DNA of 63,723 nt, counting the filler, from Octopus bimaculoides (taxonomy: Eukaryota), in NCBI RefSeq assembly GCF_001194135.2. It is 6 parts of 6 records of this genome, joined end to end, with 100 filler letters (N's around TTAATTAATTAA, not from the genome) between each part and the next. Parts side by side here need not be neighbours in the genome. Positions count along the whole stretch, not along the records: positions 25,340 to 55,965 come from NC_068997.1; 5 more parts are not named here. One strand, 5' to 3'. A program made the translations under genes and the position numbers. The notes under the pieces were generated by a model. It had not been told where the DNA came from. It did no database searches and was given only the letters and a program-made list of their open reading frames with translations. Shown here in pieces: positions 37,401-52,082 of the stretch (position 1 is its first letter; each line of letters begins with the position of its first letter).

Positions 37401-38679
37401 GTAAATTCACTCCTCAGAGCTCTCGATTTCACTTGTTCCGGTTACTTCTGTAAAGGCAGAAAACAATCTCTTGTCAAGGGTCTCACTAGTAATTTTTTTT
37501 CCGACCATGCCTTTCTGGCATGCATTTCGTCATACACCGCGAAGCCAACTTAGTCAAAATAAAAACGTGATACGCTGTGTAATACGAGAACACAATATTG
37601 CAGAGGATTCAGCACTATATAGATTTTTACTATGGCGTGTGAGAAATTTAGTTCTGATCAGGTGGTGGTGTTGTATATTAAAACGACATGGTATCTTGGT
37701 AAGTTTTCTAACTGCGATCAGAATAGTAAGATTTCGGGTTGGAAAAGTAGACTCAGAAACGGGCTTTCTTTACATGTTCAATGAAAGCCTCGTATATCTC
37801 TCAGGCATCTTTGGATAGAAGAATATATGTAATTGCTTTCTTCATGTATAACAAAATTCCCTACTAGATGCTCCAGATATATGAATGCCTTTACGTTCTG
37901 AGTTTTAATCACGCCGTGGGCAACGTTAACTTTCAACATTCCATGGTCGATAACAGAGCGCACTAGTCAAACACTGCTACAGAATTCTTCGTCTTGAATC
38001 TGAATCTTGTGCCTGTGTATAAAATCAATAATCACCACTCCACTGATAGAATTATATAAATAAATAGAATACATTGAGATTAGATCAATAAGAAACCAAT
38101 GGATTTTAACATTGACTGGAACCTGTGCGTAACCATCAGCATTATCAGAACCACCTCTAACACAGTCACCGCCACCCCCGCCACCACCACCACCACCGAC
38201 ACAATCACCAGCAGCATCACCACAACCATATTTACCACCAGCACCGGCACCACCAACCACAGCACCACCAGCACTACAAACACCACAGCACCACCACCAC
38301 CACAACCATATTTACCACCAACACGGGCACCACCAACCACAGCACCACCAGCACTACAAACACCACCGCCGCGGTGACCGTCAAAATGATTTATGGCGGG
38401 GACAAGTAACAGTACTATCATTACGTGTAAACTGGACAGGCATTAATCGCTTCTGTATCGATACCAATACTGTAATTCACTGTACACGCTTTCGGAAATC
38501 GTGGCTACTGGAAGCCAATTGATTCCTTTTGCACAACGTATTTTATGGGCGTATAAACACTTCTTGCCGTTTTGTTTTTGATTTTTTTTATTCTACTCTT
38601 CTATAATGTCGGACATCAGTGCCTACTTATTAAATAGGAATAAAAAAGATAATTGCCGAAGCGTTGTATCGTCACACAG

Positions 38680-38746
<67 letters not shown>

Positions 38747-38816
38747 TATATACAAAAAGAGAAGATAGTGAGTGAATTAGATACATACATGTGTACATAT
38801 ATTCATACAGATGCAC

Positions 38817-38847
<31 letters not shown>

Positions 38848-39511
38848 GATAGAGAGAGAAGAGAGACAGAGAGAGAAAGAGACAGAGTGAGAGAAAGAGA
38901 CAGAGTGAGAGAAAGAGAGTGAGTGAAAGAGAGAAAGCGAAAGAGAGAAAGAGAGAATGAGAGTAGCTGACGAACAGAGACAAAGAGAGAGAAGTGTGAA
39001 CGAAAGAATAGCATAAGCTGGGAGAAGGGAGTGTTTATAAAAGCAGAAAGGCAGAAATATGAATTGAGGAAATACCTACAGTCACATGTACAAAGGCATT
39101 CTTACCCTAAGAGAGAGGAAGACATGAATAAAGAGAGGAGAGAGGAAAGATAAGGAGGAGTGAGAATAAAGGAGAGGGAGCGAGAGAGAGCGAAAAGGTG
39201 TGAGAAAATCTGGTAACATAAACTTTGAAGTAGAATGAATGACCGGCAGTGGAGTCGGAATCAGTGAGAGACAAGGAGTGTGTGTGTGTGTGAAAGAGAG
39301 AGAGAGAGGGTGGGGAGAGAATAAACAGGGAAGAAAGAGACAGAAAGAAGAGAGGGAAACACACGGCGAATCAGGGAAAGATGCAGACGGAAATGACGTA
39401 TGTGAACACATGTACAGGAAACTTCGTACACGTTTATACGTTTGGACATTCAGGGAAATAGTTATAAGCATACACATAAGGCTTAAATTCATGCATAAAC
39501 AAGCTCTCTCA

Positions 39512-39556
<45 letters not shown>

Positions 39557-39755
39557 ACAACTACATTCAACTCAGTTATGTCCGCACGTATACACAAAAC
39601 ACATATCGACGCACAAACCTAATCGAACTCAACCACGCGGTTATCCCTAAGGATATCTATATATATATGTATTTATTGATATAAATATATTGAAAAACCT
39701 AAGAGATTTATTGATGTTTGCACTTCTGCGCATATGTATCTAGCATCTTCATACA

Positions 39756-39820
39756 TACATACATACATACAAACATACATACATACATACATACATACAT
39801 ACATACATACATACATACAT
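39756..39820. repeat. (CATA)n microsatellite
   Basis: Direct inspection; similar tract at 60328-60418. Confidence 0.95.
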
Positions 39821-40121
39821 GGTATTCCATCTTCTGCAAATTTTACACTCACACGTTCACACATAGACGTATTATAGTTGGGTGGCTGAACAAATGCGCT
39901 CTGCCTTCAGTTAAAGGGCATGTAAGAGGGCCTTTTGTTTTTTATTCTCGTAGACTACGTTTTACAGGGAAGTAAGTTTTTATCTGTTGTAATTATGATT
40001 GAGTTATTTATTGTTTCAGCGATTATTTTGGGTAGATTATGGCTGGTTGTTTAAGTGCTTGATCATTACGTAAGTGCAGAGAGCATCTGATTATAATTCT
40101 ATTATTATGTAAGAATGCATC

Positions 40122-40320
40122 AAGGGCAGCGAGTTGGCAGAAAGGTTAGCACGCCGGGCGGAATTCTTTAGCGATGTCTCGTCTGTCTTTACGTTCTGAG
40201 TTCAAATTCCGCCGTGGTCGAATTTGCCTCTCATCCTTTCGAGGACGATAAATTAAGTACCAGTTGCGTACTGGGGTCGATCTAATCCTCTCATGATACT
40301 TCGGGCCTTGTGCCTAGAGT
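40122..40320 (+). mobile_element. SINE, GGCGGCGAG family, CpG-retaining
   Basis: GGCAGCGAGTTGGCAGAAAGGTTAGCACGCCGGGCG...CCGCCGTGGTCG. Confidence 0.85.
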
Positions 40321-42110
40321 AGTAAAGATTATGTAAGAATGCATGAATGTATAAACGCATGCATGTATAAACGTATACATGAGTATGTCTATTTAAGCAC
40401 ACATTTATTGATTGAAAGTTAGCTTTACTACAACGAGATTTTAGCTTCAGTTCTACTGCGGGGCAGACTTGGCCTTTCCAACGATTTGCGAGTGAATTTG
40501 GTTGCGCAAATTTGAGTGGAAACCAAGCGCATATGTTTATATATGATTGTGCGTGTGCGACTGCGTGCTCGTACGCGTGTTTGTGCGTGTGCATGCGAAA
40601 TTTGGACATTGTTCGGGGACCATCAGAAGCTGCTTCAATTCATTTGGTATCCGAGAATCTTTGAATGATTACGGGTTACCTCTGGCCTGATTTTGTATCT
40701 GACCACGACTATACTCAGAAACTGTGTTGCATACTGTTCCTTGTATGATTCAGGATCGTTAGCTCAAATTGTTTGGTTGTTTTCCGAATAGGATCCTGCA
40801 TATCTAATTCTCTTTCCTGATGATTTGGCTGGAGTGGCGGTTCATGCTAGTCGACCACATGCCTCATAGTCACGGTGGATGAGGAAGTCTCTCACGGCGA
40901 AGGTGACTAACAAGGATACTGCTTGGAAGGCTTTCTGGGATGTCACGAGTAAATACTGCCAAATAGTAGCAATGCACAACAGCACATGCGTCAATACCTG
41001 ACTTTTCTGACCTCTATTTCTATCTATAATAAGTGCTGTAAAGGATTCTACATCTGAATTTCATGCTACTTTACGTGAGGCTTTGATGAGGCTTAAAATT
41101 GCAGCGATTTCGCTCACTTTCCAATTTTAAAGACATTAGAGTATTGGTACCAGAAGTTGTTGATCTTAGTGATTGGCGAAGACAGTGAATCTAGGTATCT
41201 TGAGTGAATGCACGTAAATTTTAAATTCAATTACGTTTTGACATTTGAAATTTACGTTTCGCTCTACTAATGGACGATAATAAAATATAATCTTGGTTGT
41301 GATGGTATATATTTCATGCGCTTCGTGTTTCTGCGTAAATTGTATGGTATTTAGTGGTGGATTTGCGAAATCACTTCGCTTCATTGAATGCTTAATATCA
41401 ATATATTTATTGTCGAACCGTAATGATATGCAATATAAATGTACAAAATTACACACATCATAAATATGAACACCGACACACATATAAGTACATATATGTA
41501 TTTGTGCGTGTGCCGGGGTGAGAGTGTATACATATATAACCACACACATACAGTTGGCAAAATTTGACGTCTACCGTCAAATGTGTGTATATGTAAATAA
41601 AAAGAATGTAAGTAGTTGAGTTCTACAACTGTTTCAAAAGCATAGCGGGTGAATCTTACATAACATTATGAATGTGTTATAAAGGTCCGTTGTATTTTTT
41701 CATGAAATGAGTGTGCAATTATAGTACTGGTGAATGCAAAAGGAAGACAAAGCTGGGACTGAGATAGTGAGATGGATATAAGTGTGGATTCATTTCGGTA
41801 CCAACATACTCGAATTATTGTATGGCTACAGTGGATTATTATCTTATGAAAGTTCCATAATGATAGGAGGCAAGGGCGTAATAGAAGAATGTACATACAA
41901 GCGCGCGAGCGCTCACACACATACACACATACACGCACAAGCACACACATACATATAAATGTCTCTATGTGTACACTCTTTAAGTGCTTTTGTATCTATG
42001 TTCATATATGATGGACACTAGTTTTATCTCATTTCTTCAATGTAACCTGATGCAACACAGAACTATCTAACTAACTATCTATCTATGTATCTATCTATCT
42101 GCTTGTCTGT

Positions 42111-42156
<46 letters not shown>

Positions 42157-42981
42157 CATACACACGTACGTACGTACATACAATACATACATGCATACAT
42201 ACATATATATGCGTTTGTGAATGCATATATATTCAAGTATTTATAGAGTAAAAGGGAAAGATATATATATATATAACGTGAATGTAAATGCGTGTTACTG
42301 CGCACGCGCGTGTGTGTACCTTTTTCAAGCGTACACATGCGTATATGTGTACATTTGTGTACAGGTGCATTTTCGATTCAAATGCCTTTCTTTTTCGCTC
42401 TGAATAAATTACTATACAGACAATGCTCATATTGACACACTCCTTCCAAAGTCAGCCACATTGAAGTAACTCTATCTCTGGATAAAATATGTTTCTAAGG
42501 ATTTTATAGGTAGCATTCAAAGGAAAAAATTTGGCAGCTGAGCAAATAGAAGAGGAAAACTTGGGTGAGATAATGGATTTTCTGAAGACGCGGTTCTGAG
42601 AATATATGGCGCGTGACACAAAATATATAGGTTGCAAAGGAGAGATCTTGTTGATATGAAATAGTTTAAATGGACTTAGTGCGCCATGGGTAACTACAGA
42701 GTACAAGCAGGCAGCGTTTTATTATTTTTAGATTCAACTCAGAGACGATATAACACGGGTGGAGATGGACACACCCAGATGTTTGGTCAGTTTTAGGTAT
42801 TTGTGTGTTTTATACTTAAGGAGTGTTTATATTTTTACTCACATATACAGGGATACAAGAATACACACATGCATACACACACACACACACACGCACACAC
42901 ACACACACTCACGTGTATTTATGTGTGCGTCTTGTATTATTAATAATTTTATGTGTTTGTGTACGCGTAACTTATATGCGA

Positions 42982-43016
<35 letters not shown>

Positions 43017-43060
43017 TGGAGGGATGTATCCATATGAGTATATAAACATATGTGTGTATG

Positions 43061-43100
<40 letters not shown>

Positions 43101-43349
43101 TGTATAAATACGTGTTATTTATATGCGCGTGTGTGTCTGCTTGTGTTTGTGTCCGTGAACGTATGTATTTCTCGAGATTTTATGAATATATTTATGCGCA
43201 TGTGTGTGTGTGTCTGCATGTGTGTGCGCGTGAGCCTAGACACACAAACACCGCGTCTATGTACGCAAAACATCGATATTAGTAGTTCTGTTGTTATTAT
43301 TGTTGTTGATTTTCTTTATTGTTGTTGCTGTTTCTCGTCTTCTTCTTCA

Positions 43350-43367
43350 TTATTATTATTATTATTA

Positions 43368-43422
<55 letters not shown>
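43350..43422. repeat. (ATT)n microsatellite
   Basis: Direct inspection; similar tracts at 30590-30680, 37348-37400, 63507-63570. Confidence 0.95.
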
Positions 43423-43423
<1 letters not shown>

Positions 43424-44567
43424 ACAATGCAATATTGTTATATCAAGACATAAACATTACTTGCTCTATCAATATTTCATCACAGCTAAATTGTTACGCC
43501 AGTAAAACTTTATTGGCTATAACAAACGTCTACCCATAAACGTCTCCACGACAAAAACAAAATGGCTGCTAAGCAAGGGTACAAGGCTATAGGCTAGCGA
43601 AGACAACACTAAAGAGGAGAAGGAAGATGGTGGAATAAGACTGAAAAATATTGTTATTTGCCGATTCAGATTTTAAATCTTGTTCTCACCAGAGCGAGTT
43701 AGCAACCTTATGAGCTTTCTGTGATGGGTCACTCAACTTTGTCTTTTATGTAAGTCGAAATGTTGGAGTCACGTTTCCATTTTCAGCATATAACTGTCAT
43801 GGTAAAACATCAAATTGTTAATAAAACGTAGAAAGTAAAATGTCTGATACACGCACAAATACATGCAGGCATGGACGCACACATAATGGCTGTTATATGG
43901 AAGTAAAAGTTTAGCAGACCGATCAAGCCAGTTTGGTCAGTCTTACTGTACGACATTAGATAGATAAGTTTGACAAGGCTAGAAGATATTGTGAGTGACA
44001 GAAATTTTTGTGTGTGTGTGAATTTTGGCTGGCCCAGCTGGAGTATATATATGCTCTACTGTTTCATTTCGAATGCCTCCGAACAGAGCGATTCGGACAC
44101 CGTATCAATGCCTGTCTGACACGTCACACATTTTCCAGGCCCGTACCAGGCTCCTATTCATTAGTGTACCTCGAGTACGAAGTGCATTCACCCAGCGTAA
44201 GATTGAATTACAGCTGGGAAACAGCTTTATTTCGGTAAGTGTTGAAGTGGCACCGAAACTCATGCTGAACTTCTGTGATAGACTCGTTATTCTTCACGTA
44301 ACTGTCGTAAGCAAACACTCGATGCTCTACCGTCCACAACGCCATGGCTTCACCTAAAAAGAAAAAAAATGCTAAAACACTACGTATGGTACCTGTCGGA
44401 CACATATCCTTCCCCCTGGGGCTGAGTATTAGTCATTTCAAAAACGTTCGTTCCTCTCTTCCCCACCCTGTACATGTATATCTCAAATTTACAGAAAACA
44501 AATGACGAAAACAGGTGAGGGGAACAAACAGGTATATTGGTTTGAGGCTCTGGGAGAATGGAGAGGT

Positions 44568-44603
44568 CTTTGACGTTTCGAACCTAAGCTCTTCGACAGA
44601 AAG
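44568..44603 (-). ncRNA. Minimal type I hammerhead ribozyme-like motif (Penelope type), A6U variant
   Basis: Minus strand CUUU-CUGUCGA-A-GAGC-UUAG-GUUC-GAAA-CG-UC-AAAG: 4-bp stem I, 4-bp stem II, GAAA, palindromic ACGU stem III, GUC cleavage triplet; lies in a ~190-nt pyrimidine-rich element (~44478-44665). Confidence 0.7.
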
Positions 44604-45566
44604 GATTGAGATGGAAAAAAATGGAGAGAGAAAGAAAAGAACGGAGAGAAGGTTGCGCAAGTACGTGTGTGTATATTAAGATGCGTACTCACATAATTTC
44701 CTTCTTTCTTTTAATAATGTATCACAAATTTCTGACGTATATGGAAGGAATGGATTAATTTTTGAAGACGCCTTCGATTTCAAATCCTGATGATGTCAGT
44801 TTTGTTATACTATGCATTGAAATAATTGTTATACCATGCATTGTTGTTGCTTTCGTTTCCTATTCTTACACCAAACCAGATAAATCAAACTTATGAATAA
44901 GGATATTCACTTCATGAAAATACTGACGTTCATTCCGACATAGTTTATGTAGCAGTTTGTTATCTAACGTATCGTTCATCTTTGAAAGTTTGTAAAGTAC
45001 TATACAGGCAAAATTTTGGTAACTATTTCCAGCAGGTGGTGTATCCTCCTAGTAGATAATTCCTCGCTGGGTTGAAGTTAGTGGGTCTTGTTTATTGTTC
45101 GGACATTAATGGATCAAATAAAATAGAATGCAAAATATATACGTATCACTGTTTCTTTCATGTTTATGTCCCTCTGATTGTGTGCGTGCTATGTGTGTAT
45201 GTGTGTGTGTAGAAGCTATATTTGTGTGCGTGAGGAGGCTATGCATGTGTCTAAGTGTATGATTGTATATATAGTAAGGGTTACGCATATGCGTATATGC
45301 GTGTGTGAGTGTATGGGTGTGTGCCTGCGTATGTTAATGTTAATGCATTTGCGTACTACGAGTAATTATTTTTATTCATCCCAAAGTAAAGACGGGCGCA
45401 TTATGTGGATTCACCACTTGATTTTAGTGTTCATCAGCTTATCTCACAATCAGCCTGAACGGAATTAAGCAAGGTTTCAATTAGCGAAAGATATACACGC
45501 ATGGATATACATGAGTACATAGATATATGTAGACGCTACACACACATACACATACACATATATAAG

Positions 45567-45597
<31 letters not shown>

Positions 45598-45600
45598 ATA

Positions 45601-45647
<47 letters not shown>

Positions 45648-47554
45648 GTATTTATATATACAAGTATGTATATATGTATTTATATATACAAGTATGTATA
45701 TGAATATATGCATATATGTGTGTATGTGTGTGTGTGTGTGTGTGTGCGTGAGTGTATGTGTGTGTGTGTACATAAGTACATACATGCAAGCATTTCATGG
45801 GTTGCATTTGAAAAATTCACCTGAGAGCTGTAAATGCCAGCTGACACCTTGACGGAGCGAATTTCGAATAGCTATGGCACTGTTGATTAAGGCTAGTTTC
45901 CTGAACTGACACTCTGATAGATGTCTCTACTCACCATTGAGTCACATGGGTCTTATAAAACAGAAGATGAACTTCCAATTTTCATGCAGAGACAACACTT
46001 CGATATGGGCTGAAATAGTTCTCCTCTGACCAGGTCTATAACCAAAAAGAAAGAATGCTTCAGGTGTATTTGTTATGAACACCTGTTTTGATATGTCTTT
46101 GGTTTTTTTTGTTTTGGCTGTTGGTTTTGTTTAATTTCAAGTCAACTGATTGAGAGCCACTATCCTCAAAACATTCCTGACTTGACTATACCATCTTTTG
46201 ATTGGTACCTTGGACTTCATTATGCAACTAGTCTATTTCTTTCTAAACTGTAAATATACATATTGATATACATACATGTACATACATGTATATTTACAGG
46301 GGGTTCACAAAGATTCAAGGCATAAGAAACTGAAGCACACTATAAAATGACTAGACACAACGATGAAAAAGTAACAAATAACTAATCCAGCCTTACCCGG
46401 AGAGTAGTGATGAAGCGGGTTCACATATGTCAGGTAATTCTAAATTCCAGTTGTATCCAGAAGTATCAAAATTATCCAGCGACAAAAGGAAACTTAAACG
46501 CGCTGTCAAAACAAATACGGAAAACAGTCGAATCACATCTGATATTGGCTACAATTGTTTCATTAAGAGTGTTTATTGTATGATAAGTGTGAAACAATTT
46601 GTGAGATAAATAAAGATTGAGGCAATTTTGTCATGTGAGATAGTGTTTCGTAGGGAACATATGACTCTGGGACCAAGCCTTGTAGGATGTATAAACTTCA
46701 AACTCACATCGTTTCCAGTGTTATATTATGCTATATAGATAACGCTTCGGACAAAATGTCGGGTTGAAAACTCTCCAAACTTTATCTGTCATCTTTTCAG
46801 ATAAAATAATGTAACAAGTAGTCCAATACTGAGATGGTGGTGACCGACAAGCCCAACCCCTCAAATTTGCTGAACTGGTGCCAAACTCAAACAATTATAT
46901 TCTCAGATACACGAGTATATATATATATATATATATATAATTCTATAACGGATATCTTCACCTTCTTGTATGGTATACCATTTATGCCTTATAGTTTAGT
47001 ATATAATTTATAACATTTATATTATATAGTAGTTTGTATGATTTCATTATCATATAACCTGGGGTATGAATGGTTGAATGTCAAGCGCCATACAAACATT
47101 CAGGATTCAATAGGAACGTGCTTATTTAGAAAAAGACGCACGGAACGGTATAATGGCTGCCACGGGAGGTCCTACTTTGTACTTGCGTTAAAAGGAAGAA
47201 CTGAACGAAAGAGACTTGAAGAGACGTGGAGAGAAAGAAACGGGGTTATTTACGCTTGGCATATAATAGTTAAATGTATGATTTACAGTTGTATTTCCCC
47301 AATACCAATATATGTTCTCATCTAAGAACGTAAATACATCATATATATATATAAAAGTTATATATGTACATGTGTGTGAGCGTGTGTGTGTGTGTGTGTA
47401 TGTGTGTGTGTGTGTGTACGTGCGTGTATACACATACATACACACACACATAGATAGATATATAGATAGATATAGATATAAATGCATGTACATATACATA
47501 CATACGCACACATACATGCATACATTTATCTATCAATCTATCTATCCATATATA

Positions 47555-47559
47555 TATAC

Positions 47560-47630
<71 letters not shown>
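47555..47630. repeat. (TA)n microsatellite
   Basis: Direct inspection; (TA)n runs border many N gaps. Confidence 0.95.
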
Positions 47631-47634
<4 letters not shown>

Positions 47635-48060
47635 CACGCATACATATAAAAATGTGTCTGTGTGTGGTAGAATATTTTAAAAAGAGAAATGCATATGATT
47701 TATCATTCACATATAATACCAATACATTTGTCACGCAATTATATTTTTTTCGTGTCAAGAATTGCTTAAATCATACATCATGCATATATTATACAATCTC
47801 ACAAACACACATCATATAAAATATAATGCAAACATATTAATATAGTTTCCTCAATGATTCTTCCGTTCGCTGCATCAATTTGGATACAAATAAGTCGCGC
47901 AACACCGCTCTTTCTCTCCCTCTCTCTCTGACTATCTATCTATCTTTATATATATTTTTAAAAATAACGTCGACCACTAACGTGGACAATTAGTGCGCTA
48001 GAAATAGATCACATCTTGTGTCTATTAAGACCTAAATTGTTCTCAACATGAAATATAGCA

Positions 48061-48096
<36 letters not shown>

Positions 48097-48167
48097 CACA
48101 ATGTACCCTTGTGGATGTCGTTGGCGAATTTGTCTTCCTCCGTCTTCTCTTCCTTGCACTCTGCTAT

Positions 48168-48202
48168 GTTTCCGACGAAGAGCTCCGCTCGAAACATCAA
48201 AT
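48168..48202 (+). ncRNA. Minimal type I hammerhead ribozyme-like motif (Penelope type), U4C variant
   Basis: GUUU-CCGACGA-A-GAGC-UCC-GCUC-GAAA-CA-UC-AAAU: stem I 4 bp (one G:U), perfect 4-bp stem II, AUC triplet; element ~48095-48260, downstream flank (TCCCGAGCGTC) resembles that of the 44.5-kb element. Confidence 0.68.
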
Positions 48203-50320
48203 TCCCTTTCTTCCCTTTCCCGAGCGTCCAGTAACACAATCTGTATCACGTTCTCGCGTTTTTGTTTTTTTTGTTGTTTNNNNNNNNNNNNNNNNNNNNN
48301 NNNNNNNNNNNNNNNNNNNNNNNNNNNNNNNNNNNNNNNNNNNNNNNNNNNNNNNNNNNNNNNNNNNNNNNNNNNNNNNNNNNNNNNNNNNNNNNNNNNN
48401 NNNTATATATATATATATATATATAGATATATATATATATATATATATATGTATATTGATGTTACGGATAAGTTTTTGAATATCGCACTCTGTTAATACG
48501 TTTCACACAGAAAAAGCCTCATGTATACAGCCTCATGATTGTGTGTTTGTGTGAGTGTACGCATTTCTGGACGTGTTTTTGTAGACTTGTACATATATTA
48601 GAATACGCATTAGTATATGTGCGTTCCAGGATTATTATAATTTGACTATGGTAGCAATCGCTTGAATATATGATGCATTAATTTAATAAATAGTTAGGTA
48701 ATTAGGCATAAATTAGATTAACAAGAAATCTAATAGGGCACTAAGTATATCACATCATAAACTTTAGAGCTTCCCCTCTCCTCAGCTCTTAGTTATCCAC
48801 AACTTTACAGTTCGGTCTGTTGATATGCATTCACAATCCTGAATTTCGATGTTACCCAATGGAAGATGGCTTTGCCTTCCACTGATTTTAAATTGATTTA
48901 ATTGCGCAATATCTCTTAAATTAAAAGACCTTACACAGTCTGTAATAAATCTCTTCTACTCCTGTGTATGTGTGTGCGTTTGTGCGTGTGTATTGGGGGC
49001 GTGAGTGTGCGTATGTGTGTGAGATTGTGCTGGTTGTGTGTATATTTGTGCTACATGTGTGTGTGTGTGCATGTTTCTTGTAGTCTCTGTTTGTGTATGT
49101 TTGTGTATACAGAGTCTTGAGTATACACGTTCACACAACATACAGGGAGACACATACAAACAAACGCACGCACATATACACGCACACACATATACACTTC
49201 GTAACTGTTTTGATTATAGTCATCAAACAGATACGTTCTTGCCATCTTTCTAAATTCCTTTCTAATCACAGTAAATATTTCATGGCAGACTTCAGACAAT
49301 CACCCAATGTACACATTGTCGCCGACGTAAAAAAGATCATAGAAAAAGCAAACACTTCCACGTACAAAGAAGGAACACCATTCACCCAAAGATGCAAGAA
49401 ATAGAACGTCTCAACATTCGAAATAAATTGTAAAGGTCGCCACATTCAGATATATAGATCGCGTGCACCAGCTCACTATACGCTATTCTACATCACTCTT
49501 AAGAATCAGAAGTCAACATCATTTTCTACTATAATTACAAGAAAACTTACCTTTTTAAAAGCGGTTTAAATAAATTTTTGATGGCATCAACTTTGATAGT
49601 AGAAATGTTATTTTATTGATTCAATGGGATTGCTGTGTCGTTGCCAGCAACCGATTCTGTGGTAGCGATAGTAAATTCGTCAGCAAATTGATGGGTATTA
49701 AAATTCGTAGATTTCTTCGTCCTGTGCTCCAACTCATGACATGCACGTTCCCTACAGAAAGACTAACGAGGAAACTGCTTAAATTAACCGAAAAGCAATG
49801 ATCTCCGCCGAAATAAGAAGGCTTAAACAGAGGCTTCAGCGGAAGTATCTCCAGTCCCTTTGGCGGACAGTGGGACCTTCAACGTATCTTCGCTTCATAA
49901 TAAAGAAGCACAAGTAAGGAGCGGTTTCACTAATAACTTAGTATATATTGTGGTCCTGACAAACTTATGCTAAAAAGAAAGTAAGATATAGGTCATTTTT
50001 TACAATCTTCTTCAGTTTAAATGCGTCAACTATTATAGATATCCCAGTCTCTAATTAGTTGGCATTTCTCAAGAAGCGCTTCTGAAACATCAAAGAATGT
50101 AGAAATGAGTGAATCTGTAAATAAGTAGACAAATACATGAATGAATATATAAATGAAACTGCAACAACATGGTGAGTAGTAATCTTTTATTTGTTCACAT
50201 ATGGTAATGATATATGTGTATGCGTATTTGTGAGTGAGAGAAAGAGAGAGAGAGTGTGTGTTTATGTGTGTGTGTATATACATAGATGTTTCTGAGCATA
50301 AATATAAGTATGCATGTTTG

Positions 50321-50386
<66 letters not shown>

Positions 50387-52082
50387 CTTGCACACACTAA
50401 CACACATTCTCGCTCACACACGCACACATACACACACAGATATATATTCACGTGTGTCCATATACATTCATGTATACATAGATACGTGCTGGCGTTCATC
50501 CATGTCAAGACGTTGACAAGTAAAACATCAAGATTTATTACCTGAATGAAACAATGCAGCATTGAAATGAAGGTTTCTTATTATTGATTTTCAATTCTAG
50601 GTCGGCAGATTAGTTCGATACGAAAGAAATCTCTACCGAATGACTTATACTAATTAATCTTCCTCTGTTCACTCTATCATGACATATAAAATATATGTAT
50701 ATATTATGTATGTGTATGTATATTTTTGTATATATATGTTTACATAAACACACACACAAATATATATACCTACATACATGATGGCTGCAACATAACATAC
50801 ACACATGCATGTATGTATTTGTGTGTGTATACATTAGATTGAAATTACAATGCTGTGTAGTCGTGTGCAGCTGATTGACAAATCAGAATTGGATTAATGA
50901 AATTCCACATAAAACAACCGACTAACGTTTCTTTTGTTTGGGCGGAACGTAAGGGAAGACTTCCAATCACAAGTTGTATTTCGTCAAATGAAATGTCATC
51001 ATTTGCATAAAACCATACACAACGTACCAGAGAGCCGAGACTTATGGCATGTAACTTGCTTTTCAACCTCTTTCTGATTAGTTAGTTCTTCAGACTCGGC
51101 TTTGTAACGTGGCCTCTGCCAACGAACGCCTGGCGTTTTACAGACGAACTAAAGTAATAACAAAAAGCTATTACACATTCTAAAACGAACGCTCTCATGG
51201 GGTCAGTGTATAATTTGATATCGGAAATTGCTCAGAAGATTTATACTGATTCAATTTCCAACGGCTGGCATCAGGAATTCAATGTCAACGTAGCTAAATT
51301 CTTGTAAAGACGATCCATGATAAAATCACTGTCCCTGTAGTATAATTTAAGAGTTTTTCACAAACTCGTAATTCACTTGTAATCCCAGGTATATAGATGT
51401 ATTTTGTGCATTACGCACCCTCTCCTGGCCAAAATTCTTTTTCCTATTCAGCTCTCCCTTTTGCTTCTCCTGTTCGCTTTATTTCCCCCTCACCATCTGT
51501 ATGTCTCCTTTATCTCCCATGTTATTCATCTATCCTTCAGTCTATATTCCTCCCTTCCTCCCTTTCACCATTTCTTTCTCCTTCTATTTCTGTTTCCCTC
51601 CGTTCCAGGCTTCTAGATTATATATCTGGTCCCTTTGAGTAACTAATAGATTCGAAACTTCTAATACTGAATCTAAAATAGAAGATAAGCTCTAATATAT
51701 ATCTAATAGTTGTGATTAGTTTGTTTTCACGTGAATAAAGTATGTTACCAACATCATTTATTGATTTAAGTGGAGAAAATTTATATACTTAAAGAAACTC
51801 TTTTCGGTATAGAATTGAAATGTTGTTTCATTAGTCCAAGTATTCAATGAAAAGTCGGTTCGTCGAACAAAGATATATCATGGCAACTTGATCTGCCGTG
51901 GTGTTTCCATTTACAGCCAAGTCAAATAAGCCTAATTCCCCGTACGAGTTTGATAAACTTGGTAAGAAGAAAAGTGATGAGTGTATAATCACCAAAGACC
52001 AATTGAAGAGTAACATACAAAATAAATTATGTTTATAATGGAAAGCAAGGTCAGATTCGAATTAAATATCACTAAAGAATAA

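Noticed and set aside
40600-41000. Possible very old LINE remnant (also 62300-63400)
   Set aside because: No convincing motif recovered by eye in any frame
46290-46600. Possible Tc1 TIR (TACAGGGGGTTCAC) and KLSSDKRKLKRAV peptide
   Set aside because: No partner TIR or catalytic motifs; too short to call
50840-51390. Non-repetitive block with weak hAT/Buster-like peptide (VCEKLLNYTTG)
   Set aside because: Multiple stops, similarity limited to a few residues; needs a profile-HMM search
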